Part shown: positions 1 through 14,050 of the stretch, piece after piece
Position numbering within the stretch: position 1 is the first letter of the stretch
Layout of the letters: each line of letters opens with the position of its first letter
NCBI GenBank assembly: GCA_012295275.1
Contig: CM022665.1
Span: forward strand, 11,842,001 to 11,906,000
DNA length: 64,000 bases
DNA from: Chrysomallon squamiferum
Taxonomy: Eukaryota > Animalia > Mollusca
Direction of reading: 5' to 3'
Translations under genes and position numbers: made by a program
The notes under the pieces: generated by a model
Database searches by the model: none
Told to the model about the DNA's origin: nothing
Seen by the model: the letters and a program-made list of their open reading frames with translations, nothing else

Positions 1-389
1 GATGAAAAAAAAAAAAAATGATGGTTCATATTTCTTTTACATCTTGACACGCCAGTTCGTGCTTTTATTCCGAGATCCACTTATTTTATGGATGTAGTTT
101 CGTGTTTCTTATTAAACCAACTGAGTCACGTCCAATTAGAATGAATGTATGGACAGGATAGTGTAATGCACGACCGATATAAATATATACGTGCGTGTAT
201 ACACACACACACACACACACACCCAAAGACATACATGAATATATAAATGTACACACGTGCAACATCAGTATGTACAACATACACATTCACTCATACATAC
301 TTATATACATACATACATACATACATATTTACAGATAAATATAAACACAGTTTTAGATATGTGGAGAAGACAAACACACAACTACAGAG

Positions 390-526
<137 letters not shown>

Positions 527-2944
527 CATTATCATTAGACTTATAAACTTTGAATGAGCTTAGAGAAAAGTTTGTAATTTGATATATATGTAGTCATGAG
601 TTTTAATACCCGGTTATAAAGTCTTCTTAGTATAGCCAGAGATCACGTAAAACTCTCATCAAAATAGTTTCGAGTGTATTACCCAGCTAACATTTTAAAA
701 GATTTCTCCCGTCGTCTTTATAACAGTGAACCTGTACGTTCTGGATGGTAACTGTAGTCTCAAAAGTATCACCCAGTTCACTGACAGACAATGGCGGGCA
801 ACATCGTAATTGTGATAAGTAAACTCAAGAACTTGTACCAAAAGTTTGTCCTTTCTTCTCAGTCTTTGTAACGCCGTCTATTCTCGTTTACCCTCGTGTA
901 GGGCCCCGTGAACGGTTGCCGTTCGTTTCTCATTAATGGACTCCGGTTTCGGTAAAGACTCTTCATCGATGCGAAGTCACGTTCCGGACTTTACAGGTTT
1001 ATTCATACGAGGCAAATGGGAACTATCAGAGAAAATCGTAATGTCCCATATGCCCAAATTTTAGCCAGCCCCGTCATGGATTCAGAAGAATCGTCATTGT
1101 TTCAGCTCTAACACTCTTATAGGCATAGCGTGACCCAGGGCTAAAAGTTTCTCAAAGGCTTTTCTGCGTTCTATTTCTTCATTTTTGAAGGGGTCAGCCA
1201 AGCTTCGGGATGAAAGAAGGCGGATAAATGATTCGCTAGGCCGCCATATTGGAGGTCTGCTTGAACAAACAGACGCAGAATACGTTTCTCTCATTGAAAA
1301 CTCTTCGAATCATTAAAATTTCGTTAGAAAACCTTTCCAGTTAAGGCGTTCTATAAACGCGAGCACGCGCGCTGCGCTCAGCGCTGTCTATCCATACAAA
1401 TTGGGCGCGCTTGTTATAACTACAGCATCGCGCAGACGATGTGTTATCAACTATTCGTTATTATAAAATTTAAATATCATTTAGCATGTCGTCCTGTCAA
1501 GCGGTGTCGTCGGCTTCTCCCAATATTCTGTCCTTCTTTTAAATGGAAATGAAGGATTTTCCTTCCCGTCTGCCGTGTCGTCTGTTTTGAATTAGAAAAC
1601 GCCTGCAAAAATGCGAGCAGACGACAGCGATTCATGGCTTGAATCGTGGTCTAACGCTGCATGGAGAGGAGCAAATTAACGGGCTATATGGAGCTCATAA
1701 TTCACGCCTCATTTGCTCAAAGGAAAAGAATTATTACGAAATGCTTTTATTGACACGACGGATGAACAAAACGTCTCAGTAGTCGGCCATTTAACCTATC
1801 ATCACATCCGCGCCTTGGTGACTTCCATTCACGTTATGTGACGTGGCCGTCGGATTTATATTTTAATCTCCTGTCGACAAAGAAAACATTTAATGTCAAA
1901 TTATAACAGTGACTTTTTTTTTTTTCTTCTTCTTCTTCTTTTTTTTTTTTTTTTTTTAAAGGGAGAGGGGTTCGCAAATTCCCTCTTTTTATGGCTATGT
2001 TGGATGTTTTTATGATCTGCAAAAACAAGTCAAGGGGAAATAAGGAATTTCATGCAATTGCCGTATTTCGTATTAAAAAGAAATCAAACATTTTGTCTCT
2101 TCCTTTGTAAAGCGCTAACAATGAAATCAAACAACTACTGTTTATAAAGATGTCTTCTTATTGCTCGACAGATTGGTTGAATCTTAGAAATAAACAAAGA
2201 AAGAGAATGGTCACTATCGGTAACCCGCTGCCATAACAAAATGGTGCCAAGAAAAGAGAAAGATTTTTCTTTTGGCTGTTTATTTCCCTTGGTGGTCCGA
2301 ACTCGCGTCCCAGGAGAGAGATTTTGAAAGTCTTCATGTTTTGATGTTGTGCCGTGTGGTTATGTTTTTTATTATTATTATTTGTTCATAAACAAGCTCA
2401 AAAGGGATAAAATAAATGTGGTCAACTCAGTAAAAAAAAATAAAAAAATCAACATGAGAACAATGATCAAGGAATATAAATAACAATTTTACCAGAAATA
2501 CTGTATTAGTCATGATAAACTTTTATTAATAATATTACTGAATTTTCAGAATTTCGCTTTATTTTATTTTATTTTATTTTATTTTTTGTTTGTTTCTTTT
2601 TTATGTCAAATTTTCTTTCTCTATCATATTTGGTTTCATCGCAGTCAAGTACACATTAGATACATCTAAATTTAACTAGCTAGGAAATTGACCGGAATAT
2701 ATTAAAGCAGAAAGAAAGTTTAAATCTGTGAAAATTTTACAAAAAGAAGTTTGTCTAAAATTTCACAGAATTTTTTGACAGTTTTTCTCCGGTAAGAATT
2801 GATGTTTTTTGAGGACACTTGATTAAGGAAATGTCGCTTTTCAATGCGTCGTTAACTTTCTGTTACTATTTTCTTTAAAGGTATGGTTTTGTCGATCCAT
2901 ATAATTTTTGATACTATCATCAGTATTAGGGAAGTCACAGTTTA

Positions 2945-3360
2945 TAACGTATCTCGATCTTTATTATACTAATTTAGTACATCTATATTTTATCTCACAT
3001 TTTCAGCATAAACGTATACTTGACGGATGTGACGTATGTTTGACATCACTATCTGTTTAATATTAATTTCTCTAATACGGCCTCATATCTTTTCTGCACA
3101 GACATAATTATATAGATCTGCATGGATTTGCGATGACGGAAATGACGTAGATTATGACGTCAGTGTCTTTATGATACTAATTTCTATAACATGGCCCTAT
3201 TTCTTGCCGTATCTCTTCGACACAGACGTGATATCTTAGACTCTATGACGAATTTACGTCATTCACCTCAGTATCTACAGCTCTACGTTTAGAGGGGAAA
3301 TCATGTCATCCGATCATTAGCGGTGATATATCTTTACTTCACAGACGATTCGATGACTGC
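2945..3360. repeat. degenerate ~112-bp tandem repeat rich in TGACG
   Basis: Units start at 3021, 3134 and 3246. The first two share TGACGG..TGACGTA..TGAC.TCA.T.TCT..TA.TAATTTCT..CACAGAC, and partial units flank them. Confidence 0.75.
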
Positions 3361-5109
3361 ACCTAGTGATTTTTAACTCACGCGGTTCACGAGCCTCAGA
3401 CGTCTTGACTGATTTAGTAGGTGATCATATTTGCTCACGTTTTCCACACCAGTCCCGTAATCGATGCGAAGATTTAGCGCGGACGTTTATTACATATCAG
3501 AAGGAATGCCCCGTTCAATAAGAGACCGGAGTTCAGATGGTATCTCTATCAAACGAAATACACCGTATCCCCAGCCTTTCAATATTCCCCTGTAATTGTT
3601 TACATAGGCCATCCTGAGTAAACATGACGATATTTATTAGAAAGTCGCAGCATTCTCACCAACAATACTTCAGCTTTGCCCACGACCAGTGAGTCCCAAA
3701 CATGACTGGGGTCAAGCGCGAAAAACAAAGATGACAAGAGTGACAGATTCCGGCAAATTTAATCACTTTCTGAAATCTTGGAAGATTTATAATTGAATAT
3801 AGTAAGTCTGGTCCGTACCTGACCGTCCATACATCTCCCCCACCAACCAAGGAGACCTTTCTCCCAAACAAGACATCTGCTTCCTTTTCGTGGTCTTCAT
3901 TGGGTCGGACACGATGGTGAAAAGACGCAGACGTTAGAGCCGAGAAGATGATTCGCGACAAAAGGCATTATTACAGTTCTTTCTCTGACCAAAGAACAAA
4001 AAAAACAAAAACAACAGTTAGATTAATGCCTTGTACTCTATGGTTTTCAGTTCCCTGTTTGCTGCAGCCTCGGGGTCTTTTCACAAGTGTGTTTATTTAC
4101 TGCTGCAAAATCGCTCACTTGTTTACCTTGGTCATTCAACCTAATGATTGTTTTATTCATTTCGCTCGGTCTTCCAGAATCGCTTAGTGTGCTTCTTCTA
4201 ACCTTTAGACAGCCTGGGTTATGAATCAAACTGAAAATCGACAGGTAATGGATGCAGAGTTGTAAACACCCGTGGTCCATTTGCAAGAGCGCTAACTAAT
4301 TAGCATTTATTTTTGAAACTGAATGTCTTGTCAACAGAAGCAGTTCAAACATGTAAACTGGTGGATACAAATATTGGAGAAGAATCAGTATTGTGTCGCG
4401 CACTGTTCTGGCTTGTTTAATGTCAGTTAACCATAAATTTGAAATTTGTCAAAATTTGGTTAAAAAAAAAAAAAAAAAATACAATAAAAAAAAATAAAAA
4501 TACAAAAAATAAAAAGGGAAGAGAAAAGCCTAAACTAGGTTTGGGTTTAAATGTACAACTCACTGCTTGAAGGTTTACGACCCGTAAATCATTCTTTCAT
4601 TGTTTTATTCATCCACTGAATCATTTATTTTTAATGTCCACTTATCTATTCACCAGTTCATTCATTAAGCTACATTTCAATTAATCATTCTTTCCAACTA
4701 ATGTTCTTCCATCCTTCTTTCTATTCAGATATTATTTATTCATACTTTCATTCACTGACTTATAAATATATTAATAATTATATTTGAAGAAAACACATTT
4801 TATATTATATAAAAAGAAAAATACCTTAAGATTAACATAATTATGATAAGTAAATGGCAAACATGTACACAATTATATTAGACAGATAGATTGATAGATA
4901 CATAGATAATGTGTACATATACATATGTACTTGTAAATTCAAAAATGAAAATATAATAATTTGATACATAAATTTCAAACTTGATTTTGCTGTTTAAATA
5001 CTCATTTTTATTTCTGGATCTATATTCAAATTCTGTATAAAAATAAAATAAAAATAAATTAAAATAACAACCAATAACAAAAACAAGAGTAAGAATTATA
5101 ACTTGTAAC

Positions 5110-5155
<46 letters not shown>

Positions 5156-6003
5156 AATAAATAAATAAATAAGAAACTAAATAAATAAATAAATAAATAA
5201 GAAAGTAAATAAATAAATAAATAAATAATCCGAAACAAAGAAATCAATTAAGAAACAAACAAACAAACGAACGAACAGAACACAAAAACAGTTTTAACAG
5301 TAAACGGTAGCAAATTAAAAGATTTCCACATAAAAAGGTCTATTTTCGTCTTGCCTATTTCATAACCGCGCATATATCACCTCACATCGTTCAATTCAAA
5401 CGATTCATCGGCGATAACGGAACGGACAGCATGACGTGAGGTGAAAGGAACTAATTTATACAAATAACTGACAAGCAACATCGACAACAGTTTAGTGTTT
5501 TATGATTGGAATCGACAATAATGTGAGACGACTGCAAAGAAAGCCAACTTATCGGATGCTTTGCTGAAAGATTACACGTTATATTCGAATGTGTCTTGCA
5601 CGGTTAATAAATGTATTTGTTATAGTGAATCGTATTCGGTTTTGTAATAATGTATTAACTGACTGAGTGTTTCCGAAAACGCAGACAAAATTAATTCAGA
5701 TGCCCGACTGACACCATTTTTGAAAATGAATGGAAGTCTGTGGGGTTTCTTTTTTTTTTTTTTTTTTCTCTCTCTTTTATATTTATTTTCTTGGTTTTCG
5801 TTTTCTACTGCAGAAATGAATTAATTATTCTGTGATTAAAATGATGATGATTATGACGATGATGATGAAGATACTAATGATTGTTATTATTATTATTATT
5901 AAAGAATGAAACTGTTATGATTTTGTAATGATATAAATATGTATACAGATATACATAAATATATACAGAGGCATACATACATATAAAATACATACATACA
6001 AAC

Positions 6004-6035
<32 letters not shown>

Positions 6036-6508
6036 ATACATGCACATACATACATACACACACACACTTATACACACACACACTCATACATACATACATA
6101 CTTACTCAATTAAGGAATTACTGAATTTGCACACAAAAAGAACCATTTAAAACAAAACAGAGAAAAAAAAAAAATAATAAAAAAATAACCTAATTAAAAT
6201 AATACCAGAAGCAAATATAAAATTCACGCGTTTACAGTATTAATGCGTCTAAGAAATTTTAGCGCCAAGAGTTTAAGAAAAATTGACATTTTCATTAATA
6301 TCTTTGTCTTCAGAATTTATTTACAACCAACGAAGAGGAAACAATCAACAAGAAATGCTGAAATAATGAAACGCCTCAGGCTCGAGTTTTAAAAATGTAA
6401 TCACCCGTGGTAAAGACGCAAAAAAGAAAGAAAAGAAAAAGGATAACTGAATTAATATAAAAATAATACTAAAATAAATAATAGAAAATGTTGTTTAAAA
6501 GAAATAGA

Positions 6509-6547
<39 letters not shown>

Positions 6548-6737
6548 ATAATATTAATAATAATAATAATAACAACAACAACAATAACAACAGTAGTAGT
6601 AATAAGAATAATAATAGATGCAATAGTGGTAGTAATAGCAGTAATAGTAATAATAATATCAATAAGTAGTACTAATAATAAAAACAACAATAAGAATAGT
6701 GGTTATAATAATAATAGTAATAATAATAATAAAAATG

Positions 6738-6770
<33 letters not shown>

Positions 6771-7993
6771 GCAATAGTAATAGTAGGAGTAGTACTAGTA
6801 GTAGTAGTAATAATAATAAATAAATAAATAAATAATACAGATTGGAAAAACAAGAGAGAGAGAGAAAGAAAAACGAAAGAAATATAAATTTTAAAAAGTG
6901 AAAGAAAACGTGCGCTACTGAGAGACAAATGACAGAATGTGCCTATGCACGTGTTCCCGAGTCTTTGACAAGGCACGGCCTTCAAGGTAAAATCTTGGTT
7001 TGTTCATACTATAATCTCCATGGAAACGGCGCTGGCGGTAAATAACAAACGACCTCCCGTTATAACAGCCCGTGTCGCGTTACTGTGGCGCAGAAAACTC
7101 GAGATATCAGTGAAATTCGATTTATTTTATGTTGTCGATGAATTATAGTTTTCTAGCTTTTTCTTTCTCCTTTGGAAATTTTATTTATTTATTTATTTAT
7201 TATTTTAATTTTATCTTTCCACGGTATTTGTTAATTTATCATCATCATCATCATCATAAATTTCATAATATAAATATTAAATGAAATCATAGTCATAATT
7301 GTTAATCAAGAATATTTTGCTCACATACGCACGCGCGCGCGCACATAGATATATTTATATTTTGTTTAAGAATTTAAAAAATAAAAAATTAATATATTGA
7401 TTTAAAGTAGGAAATCCAGTATGAATTTGTGATAAAAATAGCTATATACTTATATTATTTTTTGTTGGTTTTAAATAATAAAAAATAAAAATAAAATAAA
7501 ATATGATATAATAAAATAAAATAAAACAATATAATATAATATAATATAATATAATATAATATAATATAATATAATATAATAATATGTAATATAAAATGAA
7601 ACAATAAATAAAATAAAATAAATATAAAAAAAAAAAAAAAAGAAGGAAAACAAAAATAATTTAAAGAAAATTAAAATAAATAAATACATTCTCAGATATA
7701 AATTTATTTCTTTTCGCTCTCTCTTCATTCTAGAACATCTCATTTTTGTTAATATTTTTAGCTTCACTGAAGTTAATCTCTCAGATAAGCCTGGGATTCA
7801 CAATTCATTGACAGTTAGATTCTGTCAATTGTTCAACTTCAAACGCAAACAAGCATTATTTTTCATTAATTTTGTTTATGTTTTAACGGCTGAATTCGCA
7901 CGGTATGCCCCACGTAATCAGCGCATTGGGGAATAACGACTGAAAACAAATATTAAAATAAACATTAAGTGCAAGATAACGGTTCAGGAGTGA

Positions 7994-8029
<36 letters not shown>

Positions 8030-8477
8030 GACGAAGATTTTTATGCTTTCCGCTTCAATACGTTCAGCCATGTTTATTCCGACTGAATATTCTATTTTAA
8101 TTAAAATGTGCTACAAATTTCCGTTGCTAGGCAAAAAGATTCAAACTTGTGTCCTGCAGGTATGGTCTGAGCTGCCTGTCACCTGTCGTTTTAATCGATC
8201 AGTATTGATTGAAAAACAAATAGATTTCGTTTGGTCAGGCACACAGTCAGTTCGTTGTGTTTGTAAAGAAATGTAAAAAGTAACAGCGTTATTTTAGTTT
8301 AAATAGTGTTTGTTTTTTTTTTTTTGTTTTTTCTATTTCTTTTCTTTTCTTTTATTTCATTCTATCCTATTATTATTTTTTTTTTTTAAATTAGATTTTA
8401 TTTATTTTATGTTTATAATTATATATATGAATTTATGTATATATGTATGTATGTAGGTAGGTATGTACGTACGTATG

Positions 8478-8522
<45 letters not shown>

Positions 8523-9777
8523 TTTATTTTCTGCTGTGGCATTAGAGTGTGTAGTATGTTTTAATCCATTTTATTTTATTTTATTTTATTTATTTATTTA
8601 TTATCATTAGTAAGTTGTAGTAGTTGTAGTAGTCGTAGGAACAGCAGCAGCAGTATCTTCAGCACGAATGACACCATTCGTATCAGAAGCAGTAATAACA
8701 GTACGCTGTAGGTGCGGTTGTCATTTTTCACAACATAAATAGAATTATTTTTAATATATTTTATTTAAATAAATTTATAGGTAGCATATTATGTTCAAAT
8801 TATTATCACTAAACAAATTGTTAGTGAAACAAAAATAATTAATTAATTTCATAAAGTTTAAAATAAAAACAACCATCGACTGCAAAAAAAAAAAAAAAAA
8901 AAAACGTAACCAGCAAAATAAAACGCTATTGGTTAACTAAATTTGAAATTTCTTAAATATTTGAAAATAGGAGTACCCTCCCCTAGTCCGTCTATTTCTG
9001 TAACAAAGCTACGTTCAAACGGTTTGGGCGAGTGAAACAAAAAGCTAAAAATAAACCAGTAACATAAATATTATATCTGTATTATTATTTAGTCATTTTG
9101 TTCTTCTAAAAATATCAGTAGTCTGTATTTATTGTTACTTTAGAATAGTTCTTTTTGGAAATAAATCTTGTGGACAAATTTTCTATTTTGAACCTCCACA
9201 TCAGAACCGCAACCAAAGGCAAACTCCCTTAGTAATACATATTTCTTGAATTACTACCACTACTACTACATACTAGAACTACTGCAACTGCTGCTGTTGC
9301 TGTACTATTGTTTTTACTACTAGTTTTGCTGATACTACTCTTCTACAGCTATTAAAACTGCTGCTACTAGTAGTATTACACTACCGTTCTATTACTACCA
9401 TTACCACCATTATTATACCATTTTTATCAACATTCATATTGTTGTTGTTACTGCTATTAGTAGTAATAGTGGTAGTAGTAGTAATAGTAGTAGTAGTAGC
9501 TTTTGTTGTTAATAATAGAAGCAACAGCGGAAATAGTAGTAGTACTAAAGGTAGATAGTAGAGTATTACATCAAATGCCCCACCCAGAAGAAAAAAAACG
9601 CGCACAAAAGATTAGCAAAACGAGCGAAGTTCTGGCGCAGAGCCAAGTTCAGCGAAAAATAATGTAAACAATACCGTACCAAGACTTTAACTCACATATT
9701 TAAAAAAAAATTATTTTGGCATAGCTGTAGAAAACTGAAATAAAATGTTAAACTTTAAAAAAAAGAAATTATATTAA

Positions 9778-9780
<3 letters not shown>

Positions 9781-9849
<69 letters not shown>
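9781..9849. repeat. (AG)n microsatellite
   Basis: Direct observation. Confidence 0.97.
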
Positions 9850-9857
<8 letters not shown>

Positions 9858-12342
9858 TTTCTTTTATTTACATTTTTTTTATTGTTTCGTGTGTACAGAA
9901 CAATCTCAGACGTAGTAATAATATTTATATTTGACTGATAAATCCACAACAAATATTATCAGATATAATCAAGCTTACATGGGCGTATTATTTAGATTTT
10001 GATATCGACTGTTTGACAAAGACCCTTGGACAGATTTTCAAACTGACCTTTGTGTACAAGATAAATATTGATACGAAGATCATCCCGATCATATTTCTAA
10101 TCTCCCGCGACAAATCTCGTGCGACCCCTGATAAACCTTGTCTATTTTGACTACGTAACTTCATGAATATTAATAGCATAATTTTACATGCAGTATTAAA
10201 TTATTAATTTTTTTTTTAATTATTGTTTTCGAAGAATGATGATGATGATGATGATAATACTAATACTACTACTACTACTACTAATAATAATTATTATTAT
10301 TATTGTCATTTTTATAATTATTTTTTATTCACTTATTTTTTTATTTTATTTATGTATGTATGTATGTATTATTTACGTTTAATAATTAATAATAATAATA
10401 ATTGTGGTAGTAGTAACAGTACATAATCATACATACATAGATAAGTTATAATTTTAAGACGTAATCTATTGTTACAGAAAAAAATAATAGATACAAAAAA
10501 AATGTTTCAGCACTAGATTAAATTAAGTAAAATACAATTAAATAAATAAATAATAATTTTTTAAAATATATTATGAAATAAAATAAAATATGAAGAATAT
10601 AATAAAAATATAATATAATATAATATAATATAATATAATATAATATAATATAATAAACAAACAAACAAATAAATAAATAAACAATCAAAGTAAATAACGA
10701 ACTCCCAAATTCACTTTAAAATACACGCACATACAATAAAACATATTTAATTTAAGATATGATACATACATTTCGACAACGTCAAAACGATCTTAATAAA
10801 ATATTTTCTGTCAGTTTCTGCTACAAGTTAAGACATGACTATTATAAAAATATAAAATTCTTTGAACACAATGCTAATAAGAAGATGGTTTAGCCAATAA
10901 CTTCACTAATTATTAATTATAATATTATATTATTTCTTTAGCGTTGAAGTTATCAAGTACGTTACTATTGATAAACAGCCACAATTTGTACAAACGAAAC
11001 TAAATGTGAAATATAAATACTATTTAACAAAGAAAAAAAAATATAAAGTAATAATAATAATAAAAAATTAAATAAATATACGAAATTATTATTTGTTTTG
11101 AATTGTAAACATAGTTTTATTTTATTTTATTTTATTTTTTTATTTTTTATTTTTTGGGGGTTTCAAGATAAGAGACAAAGTAATAAATAAAATAATTTAT
11201 ATTTTATTATTATTAATTTCGTATGTAGCATTAATTTAGTTGTAAGTACGTAGACATTTGATTTTTGACGTTTATGGTGAAGAACATTGTACTTAATTAT
11301 ATTCCTTTTTATTTGGTTGTTAGACAGTAATATTAGAAGCGATCTATTGTTTGGTTATTTATTTATCAATTCATTTATTTTTGATTTGTTTATTTATTTA
11401 CCTTAATTAATGTTACATAACACATATCACTTACTTTTTCACCGAAATACATGTATTCGTCTAGCTATGTAAATAAAATAAAATTTTATAAAATATATAA
11501 ATAAATCATAAATAAATAAATAAATAAATAAACAAACAAACAAACAAACAAATAAATAAATAAATAAACAGATAAATAAGGACTATTTAAACAAATGACA
11601 AAGAGATGAGTGAAATATTTTAAATGAGTAGTTTATATATATCTTTTTAACTCCTTATTATGTGTAGAATAAGTGAATGTCTTTGCTATAATATAACTGA
11701 ATAATGCTCTTTTTTATTTATTTTTTATTATTATTACATACTTTCATAATTATAGATTTCTAATCTTATGTCATTTGCACAAGAAATAAAAACAGAATTA
11801 AAAAATAGTCAGATTAAATAATATAATATATATTCACTTAAATTAATTATTTATTTTTCTATATATTCCACTGTTTAGATTATTTATAGCAGAATGGTAT
11901 ACTAAATTATCCAATGGTTATGCTAAAAAAAAAAAAATTTTAAATTTTAAAAAAAAAAAAAAAAATTAAAAAATTAAAAAAAATGTATACATTTGCACGT
12001 CCTGATTAAAATTATTTATAAAATTATTCTCAGCTATCAAGAACTTTAATTTTTTTAATTAATTAATTAATTTATTTATTTTAAAATCTTCAAGATAACG
12101 GGTAACAATATATTTGACCATGACCTTTTCGGAAGAATGAAAACCTGCACAGAGAGAGAGAGGCCAGACTTGCAGGGGATTATGGGATGTTCGTTTATCA
12201 GTGATATCGTGTTTGAAGTTTCCGATTCTTTCTCCCTCTCTACCTAAAATTTTCGAAAAGATAAACTCTTTAAAATATGTCCCCAGGGACTCTGGGTACT
12301 ACTGACATTTTAATCATCAACAACAGTTATTTCAACAACAAC

Positions 12343-12395
<53 letters not shown>

Positions 12396-12763
12396 TATTG
12401 TGCCTAGAATTTCAGTTCAACGAAACTGCATTTTTAGATCTTCTTGTATGGACCGAAAGCCAGTCCAATTTTTTCTTTCTTTCTTTCTTCTTTCTTTCTT
12501 TCTTCTATTTCTTTTATTTTTTACTTTTTTTTCCCAACTACTGAAAAATGTCACGTTTTTGAAGACAATTTTGGCTGAGGTGGCTACGTATTTCTTTTTT
12601 TCTATTGTATTGTAGGCGTGGCCTAAAAATGGCATTGACGTGTTATGACATGTGTCACTAACAAGGGAAATAGATGCTGTGCTCGGTATTGTTTACGTGC
12701 GTGAATTGGCGTTTGTTGATGACTAATTTATTCCTAAACTATTTTTCGTTTGTTTATCGTTAC

Positions 12764-12975
12764 TCGCGAAAACTGTAATTTGGTTAAATAGCTCATTTAT
12801 TGTTATGAAATATTGTTCGGATGTTTTGTTTGTTTAATTTATTTATCATTTTAATTACTATTATTAGTAGTAGTAGTGTATTCATTTCATCATTTTTATT
12901 TATCTGTTTCGCGAAAATGATTATTTTGGTTAAATAGTTAATTTAATTATTCAGAAATATATGTAGAGATTTTTA
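12764..12975. repeat. degenerate direct duplication, period ~145 bp
   Basis: TCGCGAAAA..TTTGGTTAAATAG..ATTTA..GAAATAT at 12764 and 12909. Confidence 0.7.
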
Positions 12976-13849
12976 TTACTAATTTATTTATTTATTTAAT
13001 AATTTTTTATCACTGTTATTGTAAGCATCATTATCATCATTTTGAATCATTTATTTTATTTTATTTCATTTTTATTTTATTTTATTTTTTATTTCTTTCT
13101 TTAATTGTTGTTTGTTTGTTTGTTTATTTACAATTAATGTAAATAAAATACTAATATAAGCAGAACACAGAATCTGCAAAAATAATTTTAATTTAAATTG
13201 TATTACATAAATGTATTTTAATTAGATGTGAAAATTAATTAATAAATGTAACTGAATTTTAAATGCATTCAAACAAAGAAATAAATAATGAAATCTATTG
13301 TTACGCTACGACTATCCATAATAATAACAATAACAACATCAACAATAATAATAATACTAATAATAATCATAATACCTTATAGCAATAACAGTAATAATAA
13401 CAATAACAATAGCAAAAATAATATAAATAAACTATGTTAAACAGGCTTATAGGCAATAAAAATAAAAGTATGTTCTAAATCAGTATAAATAAATAAAAGT
13501 AATAACAACAATATATTATAATTAAATATATAAATATATTATTGCTAAGGAAAAAAAAACACCAAATCAAACCAAAATATATCGCTATATACAATTTATA
13601 ATATACGTTATTAGATAAATAATGCGAAACAGTTTATGAAATAAATTATTGTTTAAACAACGCGATGCAATTTATAATGTAAGTTATTACATATAATACA
13701 AAGCGACGCAGACTTTAATAACCTGTCTTGTCTTTGTTGCACATGTTCATAAAACGCTATATATTTCCTCAGTGTTATTTAACGTGTATTAATTGCAAGT
13801 CAACATAACTCACACTAACAACCTATGTACATAATGAAATTGACCACAT

Positions 13850-14050
13850 AATGCGTAAACATGCATTTGTTTGCGAGTCTATTTAAACACGCGTTTGCTC
13901 ATAATTATTATAAGACGGACCGGCCTATTGGTACATCATGTCTGCCCCGCTTGTAAACACTGTACGAATGTAAACAAGTTATAGCGGCTTTGTATGCATT
14001 TGTTTACCTGTTTTGTATTGAGTAATTGATCAAAAGGTAGAGGTAAACAC
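13850..14050. promoter_or_regulatory. homotypic Forkhead-site cluster (candidate enhancer)
   Basis: GTAAACA at 13855, 13953, 13970 and 14043; TGTTTAC at 14001. Confidence 0.55.

Noticed and set aside
791-1116. Serial tiny plus-strand ORFs (MAGNIV..., MDSGFG..., MDSEESSLFQL) as a polycistronic peptide gene
   Set aside because: No shared motif such as LDPTGxY, and the lengths are expected by chance.
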